Assembly (NCBI GenBank): GCA_905234755.1
Contig: CAJOIT010000003.1
Location: 9,135-73,134, forward strand
Direction of reading: 5' to 3'
Source of the DNA: an uncultured Bacteroidales bacterium
GTDB taxonomy: Bacteria > Bacteroidota > Bacteroidia > Bacteroidales > ML635J-15
DNA: 64,000 nt
In this document: positions 15,382 through 24,466 of the stretch, piece after piece
How positions within the stretch are numbered: position 1 is the first letter of the stretch
Layout of the letters: the number at the start of each line of letters is the position of its first letter
Made by a program: the position numbers and the translations under genes
Notes under the pieces: generated by a model
Seen by the model: the letters and a program-made list of their open reading frames with translations, nothing else
Told to the model about the DNA's origin: nothing
Database searches by the model: none

Positions 15382-16596
15382 TTAATTTTCAGCATTTCCC
15401 GTTTTCCCAAGATAATACAATCTTTCCAGTTCCTTTTTATCCATGAGTTTGGGAACAGGGTAGGTGGGGTTTGCCTCCGCATCAGCGTGGGCAGCCATTT
15501 CGGGAATATCCTCGTAACAGATACCATCAATAACGCGAGGAATATTCATCTTGTCGTTCATCTCCTGAATCCAGTCGATGAAAAGTTTTGCGGTTTCCTC
15601 GTCGCTATGACCATCTGCAATAACTCCCGATTTACGCGCCAATCTTGCCAATTTCTTATATACGCATTCTCCGTATTCGCGCAGTATAATTGGCATAAGC
15701 ACCGAATTGGCAAGTCCGTGAGGCGTTCCGTATTTTCCGCCAAGCGAATGTGCTACAGCATGAATGTACCCGACATAACTCATCGAGAATGCCAATCCGG
15801 CGCAGAATGAAGCGCGAAGCATGTTTTGACGAGCTTCGGTATCGTTTCCATTGGTGTATGCTCGATATAGATACTTATGTATCAGTCGTGTGGCTTCTTC
15901 GGCATTGGCTGCAGAGGTTTTGTTTAGCGAGCGACCAATGTATGCTTCAACTGCGTGAGTAAGTGCATCCATGCCTGTGGTTGAGGTCATTCTCTGCGGC
16001 AATCCGGTTGTGAGCGTGTAGTCGTGAATTGCGTATGGCGGAATCAAGCAGAAATCGCTAATTGGGTATTTGTAATTCTTTTGGCTATCGGTGATTACGG
16101 TAGTAACAGTTGCTTCGCTACCAGTCCCTGCGGTTGTTGGGATGGCAACAATCAATGGCAGTTTCTTGTGAACTTTCAGTATTCCGCGCATTTGTGGAAT
16201 TTGCTTGTTGGGTTTTGCTATGCGTGCTGCAGCTGCTTTCGCGCAGTCCATTGCAGAACCGCCACCTAGAGAAACAAATCCTTGTGCTCCTGTTTTTAAA
16301 TAAATATTGCGCACTGTTTCGACATTTTCGATTGTTGGATTTGGGACTGTGTCGGAGTAGGTTTTGAAATTTATTTTTTCCGAGGCAAGCACATCTTCGA
16401 TGCGTTTGGCGAGTCCAGCTGAGACAAGTCCTTTGTCGGTTACAAATACAACCTTGTTAATGTTGTTTGCGCGTAAAATTTCTGGAATGTCGTTTATGCT
16501 TTCCTTTACGACTGGGTCTTTGTATGGTAGCAGGGGCTGTGCAATGTGAAATGCTGCCTGATAAGTCCTGCACCAAGTTTTTCTTAAAATGTTCAT
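15382..16596 (-). CDS. Iron-containing (group III) alcohol dehydrogenase
   Basis: Fe-ADH motifs GGGSAMDCAKA and the His-rich metal site (THAVEAY..., HAVAHSLGGKYGTPHG). The start is set at MNILRK (ATG at 16596). The ORF track extends to 16641. Confidence 0.85.
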   Translation of the reverse strand: MNILRKTWCRTYQAAFHIAQPLLPYKDPVVKESINDIPEILRANNINKVVFVTDKGLVSAGLAKRIEDVLASEKINFKTYSDTVPNPTIENVETVRNIYLKTGAQGFVSLGGGSAMDCAKAAAARIAKPNKQIPQMRGILKVHKKLPLIVAIPTTAGTGSEATVTTVITDSQKNYKYPISDFCLIPPYAIHDYTLTTGLPQRMTSTTGMDALTHAVEAYIGRSLNKTSAANAEEATRLIHKYLYRAYTNGNDTEARQNMLRASFCAGLAFSMSYVGYIHAVAHSLGGKYGTPHGLANSVLMPIILREYGECVYKKLARLARKSGVIADGHSDEETAKLFIDWIQEMNDKMNIPRVIDGICYEDIPEMAAHADAEANPTYPVPKLMDKKELERLYYLGKTGNAEN

Positions 16597-16704
16597 GCGT
16601 TTTTCCTTTTTCAAAAATCGCCGCAAAGAAATGGCAAACAAAAGTCATGTGGTTAAAAATGTGGCAATGGCTTGTGTTTAGTGGGCGTTAGCTTGGTTTT
16701 GTGG

Positions 16705-16779
16705 GGCGAAATTTCGGTATGTGGGACGAAAATAAAATGCCGATATCCTTCTGGGATGTTTGCGAGTGGCGAAATTTCG
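16705..16779. promoter_or_regulatory. Pair of GTGGCGAAATTTCG sites (10-bp palindrome CGAAATTTCG) upstream of the adh-aldh unit
   Basis: GGCGAAATTTCG occurs at 16705-16716 and 16768-16779, exactly 63 bp apart. Both copies have GTG on the 5' side and (G)TGTATG on the 3' side. They lie about 110-180 bp upstream of the Fe-ADH start. Confidence 0.4.
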
Positions 16780-16843
16780 TGTATGCATGCAAATGGTTTG
16801 CAATAAGACAGGTCTTCTGCAAGACAGATAGACCTTCTGTCTT

Positions 16844-17926
16844 TTATTTCCAGTTCAAATCTATGTATGTTGGGAGATGGTCGCTGTAACCGCCGTCGTA
16901 CTTGTAGCCGATGTAGGTTCTGTAAACTTGTTTTCCTGTGTATCCCTCGTCGGGTTTCAGCATGAAATCGGGATTGTATATGTGAGCATCGTCCTTGGTG
17001 GTATGAATGGCGTTTGTAGTGTCGAGCAGTGCGCCCGAAACTATCACTTGGTCGAGAATTCCCCATTGCCCGTGGAACTTGTGAGTGCCCAACTTTTTTA
17101 CTTCCTGCAGATAATACGAAAGATTGTAAAGTTTGTCGCTCTTAATGTTGTCAAATTCAGTCTCGGTTTTCAATCCGTGGATTAGGCTCTTGTCGGTTGG
17201 ATAGTCGTTAAGGTCACCGACAATTACAATGTTTGCATTCTTGTTGGTCTTGAAAATCGAATCGGTGGTATGTTTTACAATTCCTGCCACGAAAATCCTC
17301 TTTTCTTCGGTCTCCATTTGTCCGCCCCAGCGTGAAGGCCAGTGGTTTACAAATATATGCAAGGTGTCGTTGCGATTGGTCGTGCCTTTTACATAAAGAA
17401 TGTCGCGGGTTGTTCCTGTACCTATGTTTGCTGGATATTTCACAGGAATGAAATTCTCGGAAATAGGGGAGAAGAATCTCTTTCTGTACATTAGTGCGAC
17501 ATCTATTCCGCGGGCATCTGGCGACTCCTTGTGTATTATGCGGTAGTCGGAGTTGCGAAGAGGTGTCTTGTTTATCAAGTCCTCGACAACCTTGCGATTT
17601 TCAACCTCGCTAAGCGCCACTATCTGAGGCAGTTCCCAGCCACCAGCACCAATGATAACTTTAGACAGATTAGAAAGTTTTGTGCTATAGCGGTATCCTG
17701 TCCAGAATTTTGCTCCCTGCGGAGTGAACTCATCGTCCTTGGTGTCAGGATTGTCAATGGTGTCGAAAAGGTTTTCGGTATTGAAGAACATTATCCTGTA
17801 CGAATCGCGGACAAGTTGTTCGTTGAACTTGTCGCTTGCGCTATCTTTGCTCGTCTTGCACGAAAATGCAAGCAATATTGCAATAGCTAAGGCAGATGCG
17901 ATTATGGCTAACTTCTTCATTTCCAT
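16844..17926 (-). CDS. Endonuclease/exonuclease/phosphatase (EEP) family lipoprotein
   Basis: Lipoprotein signal (LLAFSC). EEP motifs: FFNTENLFD, ALSEVEN, VNHWPSRWGG, GDLNDYP, GYSDHLP. An alternative start at 17920 would give an ATGA overlap with the upstream stop. Confidence 0.8.
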   Translation of the reverse strand: MEMKKLAIIASALAIAILLAFSCKTSKDSASDKFNEQLVRDSYRIMFFNTENLFDTIDNPDTKDDEFTPQGAKFWTGYRYSTKLSNLSKVIIGAGGWELPQIVALSEVENRKVVEDLINKTPLRNSDYRIIHKESPDARGIDVALMYRKRFFSPISENFIPVKYPANIGTGTTRDILYVKGTTNRNDTLHIFVNHWPSRWGGQMETEEKRIFVAGIVKHTTDSIFKTNKNANIVIVGDLNDYPTDKSLIHGLKTETEFDNIKSDKLYNLSYYLQEVKKLGTHKFHGQWGILDQVIVSGALLDTTNAIHTTKDDAHIYNPDFMLKPDEGYTGKQVYRTYIGYKYDGGYSDHLPTYIDLNWK

Positions 17927-19440
17927 ATAAAGAATTTTGATTCTGTTTCCTCTTCGGGAACATATTCGTATGCTCCAATGTCGGGCTTGCCATCGAATGT
18001 CATTCTGTTTGTGCCGTCATGGTCTTCTGGTTGAATGCTTTCCGAAATAGATACTTTCGCCCTATCCCTTGCAGCTGACACCTCTAATATATTATATAGG
18101 TATGGTTTTGTCGTGGATGCAAATTTGGGATCTTCGTTGAAAATGTTGTCTACGAACGATGAGGGAGCGGACTGTGTTAGAGCCGAGCTGTTTTCGTATT
18201 TAATAAGGCAGTTGTCGAACAGAACATTTGCAGATGCTCCACTGACGAAATCGAAACCGATTTCCTCTTTATTGTAGCCGTATATTATGCAGTTGGCGAA
18301 GTATGCTTCGGTAAGGTCGCGGTATGAGGTCTGAATGTTGCCGTTAGCATCGCGATATTCGTAATAGTTGTTAAGCGAAAGTTGCGGGTTTTGTCGTACG
18401 CCAACCGAATAGTTTGCCATTGTACAATGAATGAAGGAATATTTTCCACCAATCCAGCAGGCGACAGTGTATTGCGAGCTATTGGCGAATACGCAGTTTT
18501 CGGCTTCAACATGAGCGCCAAGTGCGTAAAGTCCAGCAATCTTGCAATTTTCGATGTTGGTATTCCTCATTTTTAGGGTTGGTGCATCTGCGGTAACAAC
18601 CGAGTCGACCTGCACGCCAATAAGAGCGTTGGTAATGTCGGTGTTGTTGAATTCATTATAGCGTGAGCCGGCGAGAAGGTGTATTCCTCCGTAAATTCCG
18701 CGGGTATTTCCATGTTCGTCCTGCAGGTATGCGCCCCATTGTCCGGGCGTGTAGCGGTAGTATTCTTCGAGGCGGTCGCCAGTGAATGTTACGCGGTTGC
18801 CGATTTCGCCAAGCGATTTAAGCGTTCCTTTTACAAATAGGCTCGACTTGTTGTGAAAATAGATTTTTGCTCCCGGCATGACGGTAACTGTGACAAGTGT
18901 GTCAATCATCGCAGAGTTGTAAATTAGCACAGGTTTGTCGGCATTCCATATCGTGTCCTGTGTTATCATTTGTCCGTTCAAAAGGGTTACATTTTGACCG
19001 AATGCAACAAGGTCAACATCTTGTGTGTTTCCGTTTGATTCGAAAATTATGGAATCTTGTTCAACAAGGTCATCTGTTCCGGGGTTTATGGTAACCTCTA
19101 CGAATATGAATATTGAATCGCCAGGTGCAAGAGAGTAGTTTTCTAGTTTGAAATCTTTGTTTGCAGCTAGTCCGTCAATGTTCAATCTGTATTTTGAAGA
19201 ACTTCCGCGGGCAAGGTATATCTTGTCGATGTTGATGGACTTGTTTTTGTTGGAATTCTTGACGATGAGGTATTTTGTAGTGCTTCCAATGCCTGTGAAA
19301 ATTGTGTCAAACTGAACTGTATCGGACGAAAAGATAAGTTTGTCGGCTGGGTCTTTGGTGAATATGTCTTTTCGGCATGAAGAAAATAACGCCGATATTG
19401 CTATCAGCGCCATTGTAGTTATTGTCAGCAGTTTGTTCAT
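17917..19440 (-). CDS. Lipoprotein with right-handed parallel beta-helix repeats
   Basis: Signal and lipobox MNKLLTITTMALIAISALFSSC. It has repeated N-x-x-I/F-x-N-C turns (NTNIENCKIAG, AENCVFANS, FIHCTMANY, FANCIIYG, FDNCLIKY). The ATG at 19440 is preferred over the TTG at 19455. Confidence 0.55.
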   Translation of the reverse strand: MNKLLTITTMALIAISALFSSCRKDIFTKDPADKLIFSSDTVQFDTIFTGIGSTTKYLIVKNSNKNKSINIDKIYLARGSSSKYRLNIDGLAANKDFKLENYSLAPGDSIFIFVEVTINPGTDDLVEQDSIIFESNGNTQDVDLVAFGQNVTLLNGQMITQDTIWNADKPVLIYNSAMIDTLVTVTVMPGAKIYFHNKSSLFVKGTLKSLGEIGNRVTFTGDRLEEYYRYTPGQWGAYLQDEHGNTRGIYGGIHLLAGSRYNEFNNTDITNALIGVQVDSVVTADAPTLKMRNTNIENCKIAGLYALGAHVEAENCVFANSSQYTVACWIGGKYSFIHCTMANYSVGVRQNPQLSLNNYYEYRDANGNIQTSYRDLTEAYFANCIIYGYNKEEIGFDFVSGASANVLFDNCLIKYENSSALTQSAPSSFVDNIFNEDPKFASTTKPYLYNILEVSAARDRAKVSISESIQPEDHDGTNRMTFDGKPDIGAYEYVPEEETESKFFIWK

Positions 19441-19475
19441 GTGAATAAAACGCAATTTTCGTTACGATATTGCAT

Positions 19476-22046
19476 TTATTTCAGCAAAAATACTGTACCT
19501 TTCTTTTCGTGTGGTTTTCCTGTGAAGTCGAGGAACTTGCAAACCCAGTTGTATGCACCTGTTGTAGCTATTTTGTCGCCCTTGAAGATACTTCCGTCGT
19601 TTGTGCCATCCCAAGCCATGCTTTGTGGCGATTCCATGTCGAATGTTGTTGTCTTGAACATTCTTTCTCCGTAACGGTTATATACGGTAAGTTCGAAATT
19701 CTTTTTGTCAATGCCGTTTCCGCTGATATAGAAGAAGTCGTTGTCTCCATCGCCGTTAGGTGTGAATGCTGTTGGTGCATAGAATGTATATACATCTGTA
19801 ATGCTGAATTTCTTATATGCGGTATCGACGCATTGGTGCTGGTTCTTTGCGACAAGCATAGCGGTGTAGTCACCTGCTTTTTCGTAAGTGTGAATTTGTG
19901 TTTCGTTTGACCAGATGCTTGTGTTTCCATCACCGAAATTCCACAGGTATGTTGTTCCGCCTTCCGAGTAGTTGATGAACTTTATTTCGGTTGTCAGTAC
20001 GGTTGTCAAGTCTGGGTCAACTACAAATTCTGCTCTTGGCTCATCGTAAATGACAATCATGTTGTTCTTGGTCTTGGTGTTGCTGCAACCAAAATCTGAT
20101 GTTACGGTAAGTGAAACATTGTAAGAGCCTGTTTCGTCGAAAGTCTGCTTAGGATTCTTTACCGATGATGTCCTTTCGTTTCCGAAATCCCACAGATAGG
20201 TTTGGTTTGCACTTTCATCGGAAATTTCGTAGAACTGGAATGTTCCAGGAGGACATGAAGCCGACTTGTCGGAATAGAATCCTACATCGGGCAACGGGTG
20301 AACGAGGGCGTATACGGAGTCTCGAGCAGTAGGTGAGCCACAAGCATCGCTGACGGTGAATGCGTAGAATCCAGTTTCGGGTGCGTATATGCTGCATGGT
20401 GTCGTTATGATTCCATATTCGTCAGATGTTATTTTATATGGTCCGCCGTTGCCTCCTGTAATTTCGACATTAAACACAATCTTGTCACCCTTGCATATTT
20501 CATCGTTTTCTTGTGTGACGGAAGTTATTTCGATTGGAGAGTTTACATTGATGACCATTCGCTTCTGAGCGGCAGTACAGCCGTGTACATCAGTTACATC
20601 AAGAGTATAAGTTGATGTAATAGTTGGAGATGCGTTAAAGTTGTGACCATACCAAACGAAATCATCCGGGCCTCTCCATACAAATTCGTAAGGACCTTCG
20701 CCACCAGTAGCATTTGCATAAACATGAAGGGTTTCACCTATGCAGATTGTGCCTCCGTTTGGTATTGGGTCGGTTACATAAATTGCTTGTGGCTGGTCAA
20801 CGAATGCTGTGCCTGTATGTGTACAACCATTAGCATCGGTAACGGTTACAGTATGGTATCCAGCGCCCATGTTTGCGTGTGCTGTTGTTTGTCCGTCGTC
20901 CCAAAGGTAGTAGTAGTCTTCGCGTCCGCTCGATAATTGTACCCCGCCAGTGACATCAGCCTGAACGAAACCATCGTTATATCCGAAGCAGGTTGCCGGA
21001 CCAGCAAGAGTCGCTACATACATGGTATCTGGTTCTGTAATAACAAAGGATGCGCTTCCTGTACAATTGTACAAGTCTGTGACACTTAATGCGTAACTTC
21101 CTGCACAAAGGTTTTCTATGTAGTCGGTATTGCTGTTCCATGTGTAAGTGAACGGAGGGATACCACCATGTATGTTAAGTTCTGCCGAACCGTTGCATTC
21201 TCCATGACACAATATGTTGTGAATTATAGGATTCATTTCTATTGGCTGGCTGACAATGATTCTTGTTGTTTGCGGAGCATTTGTACAGCCGTTAGCATCG
21301 GTGACAGTTACCGTGTAGGCAGTTGTTGAATCTGGGGATACTATTCTGTTGAAAATGCCTGTTGTGCCATCGTCCCACTCGTAGGTGTATGGCTGGGTTC
21401 CGCCAGTAGCTGTTGCTGTTATGGTAGTTTCGGTACCTCGGCACATTCCTTGGTTCGGCGAAATTGTGTACATGAATCTTGTCGGTTCTACTATCGATGC
21501 GGCAGCTCTTGCTGTACACTGGTTGTCATCTGTTACAGTGACAGAGTAAGTGCCGGGAACAAGGTTTGTTATGGTTTCGCTATGCATAGTTGTTGACCAG
21601 TTGTACGAAAATGGACCAGTTCCGCCGTTGACATTGGCGGTCATTGTGCCGTCATTAAAACCGTAGCAGGTAACATCTGTCTTTGAGAGGCTTACATTCA
21701 CGGCTGGAGCTTGAAGAATTTCAAAGTTCTTGGATTTTGAGCAGGCGTTGTAGGTGTCGGTAACGGTAACTGAATATTGTCCCGAATTGTAGATTGGAAT
21801 TACCTGCGAAATTTCGCCGGTTGACCATTCGAACCAGAAAACATCGTTGTTTCCTCCGCCTCCATGTATGATGTTTACCATGGCAGTTGACTCCGCGCCG
21901 TCACAAATGACATCGTTGTGCGTTACAGTGAACTCCAATTCCTCGTCTGTGCAGGTGCGTCTTACAGGTTGCTGCGCGTATGCGTAATCTGCTGATATGT
22001 AGCAGATTAGTGCGAGCAATATGATGATAACCTTCTTCATATTCAA
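19476..22046 (-). CDS. T9SS type-B cargo: SprB-repeat / PKD-domain adhesin-like protein with a gliding-motility-associated C-terminal domain
   Basis: Signal peptide. Repeated CxGxxDG...GGxxPFxYxW modules of SprB-repeat type (CYGFNDGTMTANVNGGTGPFSYNWS, CHGECNGSAELNIHGGIPPFTYTWNS). Two PKD-like units (YLWDFGNE...GSYNVSLTVTS, YLWNFGDGNT...GDYTAMLVAKN). The last 100 aa or so match the type-B CTD pattern FTPNGDGDNDFF...VYNRYGERMF...WDGT...G.YNWV....KKGTVFLLK. Confidence 0.8.
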   Translation of the reverse strand: MNMKKVIIILLALICYISADYAYAQQPVRRTCTDEELEFTVTHNDVICDGAESTAMVNIIHGGGGNNDVFWFEWSTGEISQVIPIYNSGQYSVTVTDTYNACSKSKNFEILQAPAVNVSLSKTDVTCYGFNDGTMTANVNGGTGPFSYNWSTTMHSETITNLVPGTYSVTVTDDNQCTARAAASIVEPTRFMYTISPNQGMCRGTETTITATATGGTQPYTYEWDDGTTGIFNRIVSPDSTTAYTVTVTDANGCTNAPQTTRIIVSQPIEMNPIIHNILCHGECNGSAELNIHGGIPPFTYTWNSNTDYIENLCAGSYALSVTDLYNCTGSASFVITEPDTMYVATLAGPATCFGYNDGFVQADVTGGVQLSSGREDYYYLWDDGQTTAHANMGAGYHTVTVTDANGCTHTGTAFVDQPQAIYVTDPIPNGGTICIGETLHVYANATGGEGPYEFVWRGPDDFVWYGHNFNASPTITSTYTLDVTDVHGCTAAQKRMVINVNSPIEITSVTQENDEICKGDKIVFNVEITGGNGGPYKITSDEYGIITTPCSIYAPETGFYAFTVSDACGSPTARDSVYALVHPLPDVGFYSDKSASCPPGTFQFYEISDESANQTYLWDFGNERTSSVKNPKQTFDETGSYNVSLTVTSDFGCSNTKTKNNMIVIYDEPRAEFVVDPDLTTVLTTEIKFINYSEGGTTYLWNFGDGNTSIWSNETQIHTYEKAGDYTAMLVAKNQHQCVDTAYKKFSITDVYTFYAPTAFTPNGDGDNDFFYISGNGIDKKNFELTVYNRYGERMFKTTTFDMESPQSMAWDGTNDGSIFKGDKIATTGAYNWVCKFLDFTGKPHEKKGTVFLLK

Positions 22047-22293
22047 ATGTATAAAGTTACACTTCCTTTTAAGTGAGCAAACATATAATTTTTTTTTGAA
22101 ATATGGAACAAAAAAATGTAAAAAATTGTGCCATAAATCTTTATGTTAGTAACGAAGATAATTTTTTCGGGTTGCCTTTTCTAATATACAAATGGTGAAG
22201 TATTGTGTAATTGTTTGTGTATTAGTATTTTTGAGTGAATGAAATCTGCTCTTTTTTTTGTGCGTATTGGGGTGTAATATTTTGAATCAGTCT

Positions 22294-22327
22294 AAAATCG
22301 TAAATCGCCCTTCGTAAATCGTAAATA
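22294..22327 (+). repeat. 34-bp AATCGTAAAT promoter module (trkH copy)
   Basis: AAAATCGTAAATCGCCCTTCGTAAATCGTAAATA differs from the trxB copy at 2 positions (32 of 34 match) and has the same spacing to the -7 box. Confidence 0.7.
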
Positions 22328-22332
22328 ATCCT

Positions 22333-22340
22333 TATCTTTG
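22333..22340 (+). promoter_or_regulatory. -7 promoter box (TAtcTTTG) of trkH
   Basis: TATCTTTG lies 48 nt upstream of the trkH ATG. The same 34-bp module sits upstream of it as at trxB. Confidence 0.6.
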
Positions 22341-22387
22341 CAAATTTATTATGCAATGTGCATTTTTGTGCATTTTGACTTAATGCG

Positions 22388-23884
22388 ATGAAAAAGAAGA
22401 TTATAGGACAGAATCTTGTGATAGTTTCGATACTGATGCTGGCATCGGCATTCGTTGCGCTGTACTATAATGTCAACTATGGCGAGAAGGATTTTATTCC
22501 TTTGCTGGTTCCAGCGCTTGCAACTTTTGCCATAGGATTCATCCTGTTTTTGCTTGGTCGTAAGACTTCAAAAAAAATTCGCAAGGAGGATAATTTCTTT
22601 ATTGTTACGCTTACTTGGTTGATTCTCACTATACTCGGAATGGTTCCTTATCTTATGTGCGGAACTTTCGACAAGGTTTCCGATGCGTTTTTCGAGACAA
22701 TGTCGGGATTTACAACCACGGGTGCGACTGTGATGACAAACATCGATTCGCAACCGCATGGAATACTTTTGTGGCGTAGCATTACTCAATGGCTTGGCGG
22801 ATTGGGCGTTATCGTGCTGACAATGGCATTTTTCTCGCAGAAGAACAAGGCACACGAAACTCAGTTATTTTCAGCAGAATCACCTGGTATTGAGGTGGAT
22901 AAACTTGGTTCGCGAATTCGTAATACAGCACAAAAGTTGTGGGTTATCTACATAGTGCTTACTGTGCTTTGCTTCGTGGCATACTATCTCGGTCCGATGA
23001 ACCTTTTCGATGCCGTCTGCCATTCGATGACAACGGTTGCGACAGGCGGTTTCAGCACGCATCAGGCAAGCATCGGCTACTGGGCATCGCCGTACATTGA
23101 ATATATGTGTACGCTGTTCATGGCAATGTGCGGACTTACGCTGGCTCTCTACTATTTTCTAATTGTGGGGCGATTCAAGGCTTTCCGCCAGAACGAGGAA
23201 ATGCGCTGGTACTTTGGTATAATCTTTTTCGGAGTGGCACTTTTCATGTTACTGTTTTACTCGCTGGAATACACTACGGTGCTTACTGCCGAACAGCTTT
23301 CATCGTTTCCAATGGGCTTCGAGGAGACTTTCCGAGCATCGTTGTTCAATGTGGTGGCAATAATGACATCGTCGGGATATCAGGCAAGTTGTTTCGACTA
23401 TGTTGCTTGGGGACAGGCGTTTATAATTCCTACGGTGCTTCTTATGGCTGTAGGAGGATGTTCGGGTTCTACTAGTGGCGGTATCAAGGTTTCGCGTGTT
23501 GCGATAGCAGTAAAAAACCTTATTGCAGACCTAAAGCGCCAGCTTCATCCGCAGGCTGTTATTCCGGTAAAGATGTCGAAGCGTTCGTTAGAGCAGACAA
23601 CAGTAATGCGTGTTATGGCATTCATAATGATGTATATAATCACCGTTTTGGTCGCCACTTTATTGCTCACTTGTTTGGGTATGGACTTTACAAGTTCGTT
23701 TGTGTCCTGCGTTTCGGCAATGAGCAATATAGGTCCTGCCTACGGAATGACTGGTCCCGCAACGACTTTTGCTGCAATTCCAGATGTTGCCAAGTGGATT
23801 CTTTCGGGCATGATGCTTGTCGGCAGGTTGGAAATCTTTACCGTACTGCTTTTGTTTACAAAGGAATATAAGGTTACGAAATAA
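22388..23884 (+). CDS. trkH: TrkH-family potassium uptake membrane protein
   Basis: 498 aa polytopic protein with repeated pore-loop motifs (SGFTTTGATV, ATGGFSTH, TSSGYQA, SNIGPAYG). Confidence 0.9.
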   Translation: MKKKIIGQNLVIVSILMLASAFVALYYNVNYGEKDFIPLLVPALATFAIGFILFLLGRKTSKKIRKEDNFFIVTLTWLILTILGMVPYLMCGTFDKVSDAFFETMSGFTTTGATVMTNIDSQPHGILLWRSITQWLGGLGVIVLTMAFFSQKNKAHETQLFSAESPGIEVDKLGSRIRNTAQKLWVIYIVLTVLCFVAYYLGPMNLFDAVCHSMTTVATGGFSTHQASIGYWASPYIEYMCTLFMAMCGLTLALYYFLIVGRFKAFRQNEEMRWYFGIIFFGVALFMLLFYSLEYTTVLTAEQLSSFPMGFEETFRASLFNVVAIMTSSGYQASCFDYVAWGQAFIIPTVLLMAVGGCSGSTSGGIKVSRVAIAVKNLIADLKRQLHPQAVIPVKMSKRSLEQTTVMRVMAFIMMYIITVLVATLLLTCLGMDFTSSFVSCVSAMSNIGPAYGMTGPATTFAAIPDVAKWILSGMMLVGRLEIFTVLLLFTKEYKVTK

Positions 23885-24031
23885 ATGTTGAATCATTAAA
23901 TTATTGAATCTTCAAATCATCGAATTATCAAATTATCAAATCATTAAACCCATAAACAACATCAAACAACCAGAAACCTAGAAACCAGAAACTTTTAAAT
24001 ATTAAATCGTTAAATCATTAAATTTTTGAAT

Positions 24032-24460
24032 ATGAAAAACATAACATTACTTTTAATTTGCGCGCTTTCGTTTTCCGCTTTCGCTTTTGCCGACAACGAC
24101 AAGCCTGCCAAGGTTGAGGATATGCCTATGACCGCACAGGAATTCCTGAAGACTTACTTCCCGAAGGAAAAAGTTACTTCTGTAATGCTGGACGAGAAGG
24201 ACGGTGACTACGAGGTAAAACTTGAAAACGGTGTGAAGATTGAGTTCAACAAGATTGGCTCGTGGATGGAAATCGAAGGTCATGTCGCACTGCCGAAAGG
24301 TATCGTAAGCAGCAATATTTACGACTATGTATCGCATAACTACAAGAAAACCAAAATTTTCAAGATTGAGCGCGACAAGAACGGCTTTGAAATCGAACTC
24401 AACACCAATGTCGAATTGCAATTCGACCTCAATGGAAATTTTGTAAAGGAGAAAAAATAG
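24032..24460 (+). CDS. PepSY-like (DUF2874-type) periplasmic protein
   Basis: Signal peptide plus two repeats of the ...YEVKLENGVKIEFNKIGSW.EIE / ...FEIELNTNVELQFDLNGNFV pattern typical of Bacteroidales PepSY-like proteins. The ATG is at 24032; the track start is a TTG. Confidence 0.65.
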   Translation: MKNITLLLICALSFSAFAFADNDKPAKVEDMPMTAQEFLKTYFPKEKVTSVMLDEKDGDYEVKLENGVKIEFNKIGSWMEIEGHVALPKGIVSSNIYDYVSHNYKKTKIFKIERDKNGFEIELNTNVELQFDLNGNFVKEKK

Positions 24461-24466
24461 TCGTTT

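Noticed and set aside
16653-17066. 137-aa minus-strand ORF overlapping the 3' end of the EEP gene and the adh upstream region.
   Set aside because: It is out of frame with the well-supported EEP gene. The product is basic and low-complexity, and no start context is present.
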